Assembly (NCBI GenBank): GCA_015065645.1
Contig: SVPW01000002.1
Location: 31,776 to 95,775 of the forward strand
From: Oscillospiraceae bacterium
GTDB taxonomy: Bacteria > Bacillota > Clostridia > Oscillospirales > Acutalibacteraceae
DNA: 64,000 nt
Direction: 5' to 3'
Made by a program: the position numbers and the translations under genes. Positions 49,988 to 59,110 of this stretch are shown piece after piece (the stretch's first letter is position 1; every line of letters starts with the position of its first letter). The notes beneath the pieces were generated by a model. That model ran no database searches, was not told the origin of the DNA, and saw only the letters and a program-made list of their open reading frames with translations.

Positions 49988-52900
49988 TTACTCAGCCTTT
50001 GCTTTCTTTTTCTTGATAACAAAGATTATAATTACAACTGCCAAAGCCGCCAAAACAAGTAATGCACCCGCACATATAAGTATAATCATCAATAACGATA
50101 AACCGTTTTGCGATACCTCAATATTTGTATCCTTATTAACAACCACCTTATCTGCATCTAAAAGATTAGGTGCTTTGCCGTTATCTTCAGAATCCTCAAG
50201 CTCAATATCAGTATCATCAAAGGTGTTATCGTCATCATCTTTGATAATCTCAACAGCCCACTTAGCAAAAAGTGTCATATCATTTTCAATGGTATCCTTA
50301 TCAAAATCCCATTTTTTGCTAAAGGAATTATCTGTAAACCAGCCTTCAAACACAAATCCCTCTTTAAAAGAAAGACCCGGGTCAAAAACTAAGTCATGTA
50401 TCTGAATAACAGCATCATCAACCGCAGTTCCGCCGTTTTCTTCATACCTAACGGTGCAATCTCTTAATTTTTCAACACTTACTGTATCAATAAATATAGA
50501 TTGCAGGTCATTTGCGTTTCTTCTGATAGCAAGTGTTGGATAATATGCCATATTTTCGCTTACTTCAATATCACCCACAAACATAAAGTAACCTTCCCTA
50601 TCACCTGCAGGTACATATTCAAGCTTTACATTTCCGTTTTCTGCCAAAAGGTGCTGCTTTGATGGATTTTCAAGGCATACTGTCATATTAACAGGTACTT
50701 CATATATATCCTCACAACGCACCATAACCGTAACTCTGTATTTTCCGCCCTTATCAAGCAGCATTACATTTTCGGGGTGGTTTGGATCATAAAGAGCAAA
50801 TTTAGCCTGATTCCAATAATGGCTAAAGCCTTTAAGCCTAATATAATTATTACCGTTCAAAGCATTTTGGGGATCACCGATAACAAGGCTCCATTCCTTA
50901 GTTACCTCACGTGCCCAGCTTGTCATATATTTTTGCTGGCGATAGAAATCCTCCAAAAGCTCAGTTTCTTCAAAATCCAAAACAATGGGCTTTGAGAAAT
51001 CTGACGGAGTATCATATTTATCCTTTTTAATCTTTATATAAACAGTAGAATCAGAATTTGGGAAATAGCCGTTAAACTTTGTTTTAAATTCGGCATCCAA
51101 ATAGAAGCCGTCAAAAGTATTGGTGCCCTCTTTCACAGCATTTGCCAATGTAACCTTTTCTCCTGCAACACCATAAAGTGTATACCAAGTGGTATTGCCG
51201 TTTTTAAGAATTAATTTAACAACATCGTTTTTACAATTAATCTTTACATTATCAACATAAACCTTTTCATAGCAGTGGGTATCAACATTTGCGTTGTCAT
51301 CACGACCGGTAAGTGTAATATAAACATAACCGGTTCTTTCTGCCACGAATGACTGTTTATAAGAAAGATAATCGGTATCGGTTTCCATAACAGAAACCCT
51401 GTTCAGTGTTTGGAATGAATTATAGCCTATATCGGTATAAGCGCTATGCTCCGAAATTACCGGTATGATATATGAAAGACCCTTATGAGAAGCGAAGATA
51501 TAATCAAACTCAATAGTATATCTCTCACCCTTAACAACCGTGTAAGGTGTGCCATCCTCATTAACAAGCCTTATAACCTTATATCCATAGGAATCATTAT
51601 AAGAGCTGTATAATTCATTAGTGAATGCTAAAGCACCATCGGTATCCGAGGTTCCGTTACCGTAAATACCTGCATCACGAACCCATGCGGTTTCGTATGT
51701 CATACCCTTAGTTGATTCACTATTAAAGGCAGAATCCATATCTGCTATAGTGTTTTCATAAGGCTTTACATCTTCTTTATAAATTTCTGCATCAAAAGAG
51801 CCTGCGGTAAAATCATAACCGGCTTTTGGTTCCTCAATCCACTTTGCATAAAGTGTCAGTTCGTCCTTATCCTCAGGGTATTCATCATTTAATTTAGCTT
51901 CCTTTTTGTATTCGGCATCATAATACCAGCCATCAAACAAGTAACCGCTTTTAGTGGGTTCTTTAAATCTGAGAAGCTTTTCTCCCTTGAATGCACGCTC
52001 CGGAGCAAGCTCTGTTCCGCCAACGCTGTTATAAAGCAATACCTCACTGTCAAGAAGCTGCTTTATCTCAACATCATCAATATAAACAGCTTTACCATCA
52101 TAACCGTTTGAAGCTACCGCAATAGCAATAAGGCATCTTGAAGAATTACATCCCTTTAAGGCAGGAATATAAGCGGTAATCTTTTTCCATTCACCCTTTT
52201 TAAGATCTACCTTACCCTGAGTTTCCATATAGAAGCTTGTGAGATAATCATTTTTTAATGTACTGTCAACACTGTTTACGCTCCAAGTAAGGTCCTTCAT
52301 CGCTTCATTTGCATACATATAGAAGCTCACACGGTAAGCCGCACCTTTTTCTGCAGCATACGGCTTTAACTCGCCTTCCTGTTTGAGCGAAATTATAGTA
52401 TTTCCCGATAAACGCAAATAGCTTGTATTAAGGGTTAATTTTAAAGATTTCTTACTTGATTTACCGCTTGTATGATTGGCGGCATCTGAAACCTCTATAC
52501 CCTTTTTATTACCAAGAACACCTACATCTGTACCTACATTATATTCCTCATAGGTCTGAACTCCGATTACGGTATCCTTAATAATAGGCATAATCTTTTT
52601 AATTTTAACTGATAATACCTCAAGCTCGCCCTGACCTGAGAATAAAAGCTTAGGTAAATGAACCTGACCAAAATTGAATTTTTCGGCAGTGTATGATGTG
52701 GTATAGGTAAACTCCTTACCTTCATCCTCTGCTTTATGTACAGCATATCCCTTTATCTTTGTACGGGTTTGGCCGGGCTGACCATCAGCTCCAAAGCCTA
52801 TTTGCAAGCCTGCATTATCCCCTGCTTTAACATCTATTATCTTATATGTAACGGAAAGCTCATAAGAAGAGCCTATCTCAAGCTCTACATTTTGACCTCC

Positions 52901-54826
52901 GCTATTTTTCAAATAGTATGCAGGGAACCAAGAATCTGTACTTGGGTTATTAAAAGAGCTAAGTTGTCTTTCATAGTTATAAATATCAAAGAGAAGCTTT
53001 CCATCCGAAAGCTCAACCTTAGACTGAGCTGTTTTACTTGTTGTTACCAGTGTTTCATTTTTGGTAAGATCAATATCAAGCCAAACATCGGGATTATTTT
53101 CCTCCCATTTGGCATAAAGGTCACTAAGTCCTTCCTTTGCAGTTGTAATAGGTCTGCCTATAAAGTTTGAATACTTATACCAACCAAGGAATTTATAACC
53201 TTCTTTTGTGGGTATAACATCAATCACATCATCTATTTTATATTTTTTAGTTGTGGTTTCGTTGCCGTTATGGAAGGTTATAACAGCAACACCGCTATCA
53301 ACGCTCCATTTTGCATAAAGTGTTGTATCAGCAGTAACAGCATTAACTGCCTCACCGCTTAACTCCTTATCCAAATACCAACCGTTAAAAATATATTCAT
53401 CCTTAACAGGGGTTTTAAGTGCACCGCCGTTTAAAACAAACTCAGCGGTAATATCATCACCGTCAACATATTTAACTGCCGAGAAACCATTCACCTTATC
53501 TGCCGGCAATTCCAATATGGTGATAGAATTTAAAACAACCGTACCGTGTCCTGCAAACTGAAAACCGATATTATGAGCAGAAGTTGCTGTATATACCGTT
53601 GTTGTTTTAAAGGTTTCACCCCTATCGGGTGTTTTATATTTAGTATGGTCACCTATGCGTACCGAAGAGCTGCTTGTTACACCGTTTGCCAAAATATTTC
53701 CAAACAAACCTATCTGCAAGCCCCAATTATCATTACCTGCAGTGGTTGTTACGGTATAATCCATATTGATTATATATTTTGCGCCGGCCTTTGTTTTAAA
53801 CTGTGACTTTGTGCCGTTATTATCTGTAACGAACAAAAATGTTGGACGCCAAGTGCCGCCCCAGCCCATATAATCAAGGCTGTAGTTATAGTTGCTTGCT
53901 GTAACAGAATTGTTTGATACTGTAATGTTACTGCCAATAGCATTTTGCGGTGAAGTAACATTTTCTGTAATCACATCATAAGAATTAACAACATCACTTA
54001 CATCCGAATCTGATTTTGATACCCATTTGGCATAAAGAACCGCATCGGAAGATACAGCGGTTTTCTTACCGCCGTTAAATGCGGCATTATCATACCAACC
54101 GCCAAATTTATAACCGTTCTTTTCAGGGGTTTTAAGTGAACCGTTTTTAAGCACAAATTCTGTTGAAGCCTCTTCACCGTCAACATATTTTACAACCGCA
54201 TAATTAGCGGCTTTTTCGGCAGAAACCTCCGAAATTTTCACATTATTTAAGGTAATGGAACCCTGACCGTAAAATATTAAACCGACATTATGTGCAGAAG
54301 CGGCAGTAAATGCCACGGTATAATTAACGGTTTTTCCGTTATCTGCCGCAGGATGTACATTATAAAGCTTATTTCCCTGACTATCGGTATCCAACCAAAT
54401 TGCACTTTCTGTTTGACCGTTTGCCGCAATATTTCCAAACAAGCCTACCTGCAAACTGTGATTATCAGTTCTGTTTGAAACAACACTGTATTCCATTTCC
54501 ACAATGTACTTAGCATTCTGTTTGGTCATAAACTTGGATTTCACACCGTTATTTTCGGTAAGGAAGAAAAATGTGGGACGCCACATTTTCCAACCGTTAG
54601 TATTAAGCTTATAGCCATTATAACTGCCGGTGGTAATTTTTGAACCACTCATGCTTATAGAAACACCGGAGGATGCGCCAACCAAATTATCAGGGCTGGT
54701 GCTTTCTGTTCTTAAAATATCGTAAGCTGTAATATCATCCGTATTATTCGCCATTACTATTACAGAAGTTATTAAGGTTGACAAAAGAATTGTTATTACC
54801 AAAAATAGTGACAATACCTTTTTCAC
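49988..54826 (-). CDS. 1612-aa cell-surface multi-module glycan-binding-type protein with a C-terminal TM anchor
   Basis: N-terminal signal/TM segment; repeated ~170-aa modules; six Listeria-Bacteroides repeats (...GWYxD...LYAKW); C-terminal hydrophobic helix followed by KKKKAKAE. Confidence 0.75.
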   Translation of the reverse strand: MKKVLSLFLVITILLSTLITSVIVMANNTDDITAYDILRTESTSPDNLVGASSGVSISMSGSKITTGSYNGYKLNTNGWKMWRPTFFFLTENNGVKSKFMTKQNAKYIVEMEYSVVSNRTDNHSLQVGLFGNIAANGQTESAIWLDTDSQGNKLYNVHPAADNGKTVNYTVAFTAASAHNVGLIFYGQGSITLNNVKISEVSAEKAANYAVVKYVDGEEASTEFVLKNGSLKTPEKNGYKFGGWYDNAAFNGGKKTAVSSDAVLYAKWVSKSDSDVSDVVNSYDVITENVTSPQNAIGSNITVSNNSVTASNYNYSLDYMGWGGTWRPTFLFVTDNNGTKSQFKTKAGAKYIINMDYTVTTTAGNDNWGLQIGLFGNILANGVTSSSSVRIGDHTKYKTPDRGETFKTTTVYTATSAHNIGFQFAGHGTVVLNSITILELPADKVNGFSAVKYVDGDDITAEFVLNGGALKTPVKDEYIFNGWYLDKELSGEAVNAVTADTTLYAKWSVDSGVAVITFHNGNETTTKKYKIDDVIDVIPTKEGYKFLGWYKYSNFIGRPITTAKEGLSDLYAKWEENNPDVWLDIDLTKNETLVTTSKTAQSKVELSDGKLLFDIYNYERQLSSFNNPSTDSWFPAYYLKNSGGQNVELEIGSSYELSVTYKIIDVKAGDNAGLQIGFGADGQPGQTRTKIKGYAVHKAEDEGKEFTYTTSYTAEKFNFGQVHLPKLLFSGQGELEVLSVKIKKIMPIIKDTVIGVQTYEEYNVGTDVGVLGNKKGIEVSDAANHTSGKSSKKSLKLTLNTSYLRLSGNTIISLKQEGELKPYAAEKGAAYRVSFYMYANEAMKDLTWSVNSVDSTLKNDYLTSFYMETQGKVDLKKGEWKKITAYIPALKGCNSSRCLIAIAVASNGYDGKAVYIDDVEIKQLLDSEVLLYNSVGGTELAPERAFKGEKLLRFKEPTKSGYLFDGWYYDAEYKKEAKLNDEYPEDKDELTLYAKWIEEPKAGYDFTAGSFDAEIYKEDVKPYENTIADMDSAFNSESTKGMTYETAWVRDAGIYGNGTSDTDGALAFTNELYSSYNDSYGYKVIRLVNEDGTPYTVVKGERYTIEFDYIFASHKGLSYIIPVISEHSAYTDIGYNSFQTLNRVSVMETDTDYLSYKQSFVAERTGYVYITLTGRDDNANVDTHCYEKVYVDNVKINCKNDVVKLILKNGNTTWYTLYGVAGEKVTLANAVKEGTNTFDGFYLDAEFKTKFNGYFPNSDSTVYIKIKKDKYDTPSDFSKPIVLDFEETELLEDFYRQQKYMTSWAREVTKEWSLVIGDPQNALNGNNYIRLKGFSHYWNQAKFALYDPNHPENVMLLDKGGKYRVTVMVRCEDIYEVPVNMTVCLENPSKQHLLAENGNVKLEYVPAGDREGYFMFVGDIEVSENMAYYPTLAIRRNANDLQSIFIDTVSVEKLRDCTVRYEENGGTAVDDAVIQIHDLVFDPGLSFKEGFVFEGWFTDNSFSKKWDFDKDTIENDMTLFAKWAVEIIKDDDDNTFDDTDIELEDSEDNGKAPNLLDADKVVVNKDTNIEVSQNGLSLLMIILICAGALLVLAALAVVIIIFVIKKKKAKAE

Positions 54827-54849
54827 GCCGACACCTTCCTTTCAAGTTT

Positions 54850-54889
54850 AAAAAACTTACCATCCCTCGCTTTTGCTTAGGATGGTAAG
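54850..54889 (-). terminator. Intrinsic terminator/attenuator between the SBP gene and the rest of the operon
   Basis: cttaccatcc / ggatggtaag hairpin followed by UUUUUU on the minus strand. Confidence 0.65.
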
Positions 54890-54912
54890 CCCAAATTCGC
54901 TTTTTGCGAGTA

Positions 54913-56343
54913 TTATTTATAGGACGCTAATTTCTTGTTGGATTCATCGGTAGCATTCTGGAATGTATTCATAATCTTTTCAAGCTCTACTGCCATCTGC
55001 TCTGATGACTGACGGCGAAGCTCCTTAAATATTTCGCTATGTGTCCAGTTAAGGTCTACCATTGTAAGAGGTCCGCCAAGCACAGAAATCTTGAGGTCGT
55101 TTTCACGATATGCCTTTAAAACTGTTTCTGTGTAGAACTTCTGCATTTCCTTATTTCCGAAAATGCTTGCATCCTTATTGCAGTTATCAATATCCAAGAA
55201 ATAACGGAGGAAATAGTATGCGCCATCGGGATTCTTTGCATTCTTTGCAATACCGTATGCACGCAAACCAACACCGCCATAGTTACAGGGTTTGCCCTCA
55301 AAGCTATCAGGCATTCTTACTGCGCCAAAATCACTTGCAGACATATCTTTAAGATAACCATTTTTCTTAATTGCGTAAGCATCGGTAGTGAGCATTGCAA
55401 TATTACCTGCCGGATACTGAGCTATAAGATAGTTACCAACAAGACCTGCTTCACGACATTCAGCATAGAACTTCAAGGATTTAAGCATAGCTTCATTATT
55501 TTTATTGCATGATACCTTACCGCTGTTTGCATCGTAAGACATAAAGCCTGTGCCCATTGTGAGTGCCATTAAATAAGGATCTAATACACCGCCGTAGTAA
55601 CCAATCTTATCAGCATCAAGCATACACTGCTTAAAGGTTTCCCAAGTCCAGTTGCCGTTATTAATATAATCTACAGGAGATGTAAGGCCGTTTTCATTAA
55701 ATATCTTCTTATTATATACAACAATTCCTGCTGTGGGAACATAAGGGCTGTAATAAGAGTTTACAAAATAATTCTTGCCGTTAAACCTTGTTTGTTCGGT
55801 AATACGGGGATCCCAGAAGCCATCATTAATATTGAAATTCTTAGGCAATTCTGCGGCCACTTCATATATCTGAGGAATTTTATCATTAAGAATTATTACA
55901 TCAGGACCCTTGCCCGCTACTATCTGCTTGGCAATATCTGCTTCATATGTAAGCTGATTAAATAACTGCCACTTAACATTAATACCGGTAAGCTTTGTAA
56001 ATGCCTTTGCAACCTTTACATATTCAGCACCGCCTTCATCGCCCCAATGTGCGATTGTAACGGAAGTACCTCTAAGCTTTTTAGGTACATTTTTGAAAAC
56101 ATCCAAACGGTCTTTCTGAGAAGCACCATCGTTAAAGCTGCCGGAGCCATCGCCGGAACCTTCTTCTCCGCCTTCATCACCCGAAACGGTGCCTTCAAAA
56201 TCAATATCACCGCCCAAATCATCAAAAGTATCTTCTTTGGATGATGTTTTATCTGTTTTTTCATCACCGCCGCAACCTGCTACTGCAAAGCACATTACGA
56301 GTGATAAAACAAATGCCAATAATCTTATTGCTGTCTTTTTCAT
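54913..56343 (-). CDS. ABC transporter sugar-binding lipoprotein (family 1 SBP)
   Basis: Start at MKKTAIRLL. Lipobox AVAGCGG. Gly/Ser/Asp/Glu-rich tether followed by an SBP fold of ~400 aa. Confidence 0.85.
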   Translation of the reverse strand: MKKTAIRLLAFVLSLVMCFAVAGCGGDEKTDKTSSKEDTFDDLGGDIDFEGTVSGDEGGEEGSGDGSGSFNDGASQKDRLDVFKNVPKKLRGTSVTIAHWGDEGGAEYVKVAKAFTKLTGINVKWQLFNQLTYEADIAKQIVAGKGPDVIILNDKIPQIYEVAAELPKNFNINDGFWDPRITEQTRFNGKNYFVNSYYSPYVPTAGIVVYNKKIFNENGLTSPVDYINNGNWTWETFKQCMLDADKIGYYGGVLDPYLMALTMGTGFMSYDANSGKVSCNKNNEAMLKSLKFYAECREAGLVGNYLIAQYPAGNIAMLTTDAYAIKKNGYLKDMSASDFGAVRMPDSFEGKPCNYGGVGLRAYGIAKNAKNPDGAYYFLRYFLDIDNCNKDASIFGNKEMQKFYTETVLKAYRENDLKISVLGGPLTMVDLNWTHSEIFKELRRQSSEQMAVELEKIMNTFQNATDESNKKLASYK

Positions 56344-56648
56344 AATAAATTTTCCTTTCAATTTTATATTTTTTAAATTAAATTATGAGGATGATTACCC
56401 TCTGTATTCCAATATTTACAATTCAGTGTATTATGTCCTCTTAAACCTCTCCTTTGAAAATATTGCCAATAAACGCTTTGTATATTGCATCTATTCTGTA
56501 CATTATTACAACTATATTCTATCATAACTATAAAAACACAACAATTCAATTTTTTAAAATACAAATGCAATAAATTGTTTTTTATTTTTAAAAAATAGCG
56601 CAAACCAAGTTAAAATACACCATAAAAACCACCTTTTTCATAATTTGT

Positions 56649-56686
56649 AAAAAAAATACAGGCAATTCAAAAATGAACCGCCTGTA
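56649..56686 (-). terminator. Terminator of the regulator gene
   Basis: tacaggc / gcctgta hairpin followed by a U8 run on the minus strand. Confidence 0.6.
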
Positions 56687-56695
56687 TGAATTCAT

Positions 56696-57883
56696 TTAAT
56701 AATTTGAAAAATCAGTAATATCATTTGAAACATACTGTATATACTCTTCCAAATGCTTTACCGAGATATACTTTGAGAGTAGCTTTACAAAATCAGTTTT
56801 ATCCTTACACCCAACCTTTTTGAAATAATTATTTTTATGTGAGTTAAGTGCCTGAGGCGTTAGAAACAGCTTATGGGTAATGGTGCTGTTGGAATAGCCT
56901 TTAAGGAACATATAAATTATCAAAAGGTCCATGGTCTTTGCATTAAGCAAAAGATTTTCCAAAAGAAATATATCCTTAAAAGCAGGATCACTTTTATGGT
57001 CAAATTTTTCCGTTTCCTCAAATTTCATTGATACATTTCTTCGGGTTTGAACCGGGAAAAAGCCTGTATCGGTAAGTGCTTTTTTCTGGGTGGATTCACG
57101 GGGTATTATAATATTATTAAGGTCTATAGAAATACATTTAAAATCATTCTTATTATTTATAAGGCTGCGATATATCTGTAAAACTGCCGATTTCACAGCT
57201 TCCAATGTATAGGTAACGCTTGAAAGACTTACATGGCACAGCTTTGACATTATTGTATCCATACAGCCCAAGAAAAAACGATCCTCAAGATACTGCGGTT
57301 CATTTTCAATAAAATAATTCAAAAAAGCTATAGCCACAACATCATTTGGAAAATATACACCGTCATACTCATATCTATGCTCAAGATACTGAGCCATACA
57401 TTCATCAAAACCGCTTTTTATAGAGAAAACATCCTGATAATCAAAATCAGGATCAATATAATAAAGACCGTTTACCTTTGATTTATCCGATTTTGAATTT
57501 GCATAAAATCCAAAAAATGCAATTTTATTTTTACCGTTAGATTTAAAATAACGGTATACCAAAGATGCTGTTATATCATCATTATCGGTTATTGAGCTGT
57601 AAACATACTTATAATGTGCGTTATTCTTATCGTGTAAGGTTATTACGGGAATATCATTTTGATTACACAGCTCAACATATCGGCTGTTATCTTCGTTTAT
57701 TCCGTTAGTTATAAAAAAGACTGCTTTGGGATCGGTATAAATTTCCGGTATATCTTCCATTTTTTCAAAAACTACCGTAGGAATTCTTTTTTGATTAAGA
57801 GATTTTATGCCTGCAATCTCCTGCTTGGTTCTGGTTTCAATAAAATAAGAGGAACCGCTTTCCATTAAAATATATAACGACAT
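56696..57883 (-). CDS. Hybrid regulator: LacI-type sugar-binding (PBP type I) domain without an N-terminal HTH, plus a C-terminal LuxR/GerE-type HTH
   Basis: The N-terminal ~270 aa are PBP-like (KIAFFGF..., YDGVYFPNDVVAIAF). The C-terminus YSNSTITHKLFLTPQALNSHKNNYFKKVGCKDKTDFVKLL fits the GerE HTH pattern. Confidence 0.55.
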   Translation of the reverse strand: MSLYILMESGSSYFIETRTKQEIAGIKSLNQKRIPTVVFEKMEDIPEIYTDPKAVFFITNGINEDNSRYVELCNQNDIPVITLHDKNNAHYKYVYSSITDNDDITASLVYRYFKSNGKNKIAFFGFYANSKSDKSKVNGLYYIDPDFDYQDVFSIKSGFDECMAQYLEHRYEYDGVYFPNDVVAIAFLNYFIENEPQYLEDRFFLGCMDTIMSKLCHVSLSSVTYTLEAVKSAVLQIYRSLINNKNDFKCISIDLNNIIIPRESTQKKALTDTGFFPVQTRRNVSMKFEETEKFDHKSDPAFKDIFLLENLLLNAKTMDLLIIYMFLKGYSNSTITHKLFLTPQALNSHKNNYFKKVGCKDKTDFVKLLSKYISVKHLEEYIQYVSNDITDFSNY

Positions 57884-58040
57884 CTACTCACCGCATTTCA
57901 TAACACATATTTTTACATATTGAATGTAAATCACACAAAAACTTCTTTATTATTTTATCATTATTCAAACAAAAAAACAATCAATATTTTTAAGCACAAA
58001 TGTATTAAGTATAAAAACAAAAAAAATATGACAAAAAGTG

Positions 58041-58068
58041 TTGAAAAAGTAATTTATTGTGCTATAAT
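58041..58068 (+). promoter_or_regulatory. Candidate promoter with extended -10
   Basis: TTGAAA 58041..58046, 16-nt spacer, TGcTATAAT ending at 58068. Confidence 0.55.
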
Positions 58069-58124
58069 TATATGATGTATGATTATATATAAATATCTGT
58101 TTGAATTAAGGAGGAGGGTGCTTT

Positions 58125-58439
58125 TTGAACGAAAAACAATTAAAAAAATTAACTCGCCTTCAGTTGTTGGAGTTGTTGATTTTACAAACAGAGGAAAGTG
58201 AGCGCCTGCAAAAGCAATTAGACGATTTAAAGCTTAAAAAAGAAGTTGAAACCATTCAAATTTCAAACTTAGGCTCTATTGCCGAAGCAAGCATGCAGAT
58301 TGCCAATGTTTTTAATGCAACCCAACAAGCCGCTGATTTATATTTGGAAGCAGCAAAAAAGCAAGCGGATACCATTGTTGCGGAAGCTAAAGCAAAAGCA
58401 GAAGAAATTATTCGTAAAGCAGCAGAAGAAAAAGCGTAA
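58125..58439 (+). CDS. Small coiled-coil protein of unknown function
   Basis: TTG start with a strong AAGGAGGAGGG RBS. 104 aa. Helical, K/E/A-rich C-terminus (AKKQADTIVAEAKAKAEEIIRKAAEEKA). Confidence 0.5.
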   Translation: MNEKQLKKLTRLQLLELLILQTEESERLQKQLDDLKLKKEVETIQISNLGSIAEASMQIANVFNATQQAADLYLEAAKKQADTIVAEAKAKAEEIIRKAAEEKA

Positions 58440-58471
58440 AAATGCTAAACTATTAAGAGAGTATCTATGAT

Positions 58472-59071
58472 ATGAAATATAAACACGAAAAAAACGGATT
58501 AAAGCAGGAGCTTCCACATCTTGATATACTGCAGAGTGAATTAAAGCGTGAGCAATATAAAAAGCGTTTTAGGAAGCTGCTGAAAAGCACCATAAGCACC
58601 CTTATTGTGGTTTCAGCCATTGCAGCTTTGGTGGCAACCTTGGTTTTGCCTGTTTTGCAAATTGTGGGAACCAGTATGGAGCCAAATTTAACCGATGGTG
58701 ATTTTGTTTTACTTGTTAAAACGGACGACCTTGAAACGGGAGATTTGTGTGCGTTTTATTATTCCAATAAAATTTTGATAAAACGCATTATTGCAGTTCC
58801 GGGTGATTATTTGTGGATAGAATCGGATGGTACGGTTTTTCTCAACGGCAAAGAATTAAATGAGCCTTACATAAATCAAAAGGCTTTAGGTGAATGTGAT
58901 GTTGAATTTCCGTATCAGGTTCCCGAAAACGCTTACTTTATGATGGGGGATCGAAGAGAAACCTCTATTGATAGCCGCAGCAGTACAATAGGCTGTATTT
59001 CCGAGGACCAGATTGTTGGAAAAATATTATGTAAATTCTGGCCTTTAACAAGATTTGAATGGATGGCATAA
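58472..59071 (+). CDS. lepB: Signal peptidase I (S26 family)
   Basis: N-terminal TM helix, catalytic Ser box GTSMEPNL, Lys box ILIKRIIAVPGD, and MMGDRRETSIDSR. Confidence 0.9.
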   Translation: MKYKHEKNGLKQELPHLDILQSELKREQYKKRFRKLLKSTISTLIVVSAIAALVATLVLPVLQIVGTSMEPNLTDGDFVLLVKTDDLETGDLCAFYYSNKILIKRIIAVPGDYLWIESDGTVFLNGKELNEPYINQKALGECDVEFPYQVPENAYFMMGDRRETSIDSRSSTIGCISEDQIVGKILCKFWPLTRFEWMA

Positions 59072-59110
59072 TTTAAAACTAAAAAAACTATAACAGAAAG
59101 GAGGCAGACA

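Noticed and set aside
56362-56695. Short repeated words (acaattca twice, ttgcat/atgcaa) in the 334-bp leader as regulator operators
   Set aside because: The region is very AT-rich and the matches are only 6-8 nt, so they are not distinguishable from chance without binding data.
58279-58470. Lys-rich 63-aa alternative-frame ORF overlapping the coiled-coil gene
   Set aside because: It is an out-of-frame shadow of the A/K/E-rich 104-aa gene and has no RBS.
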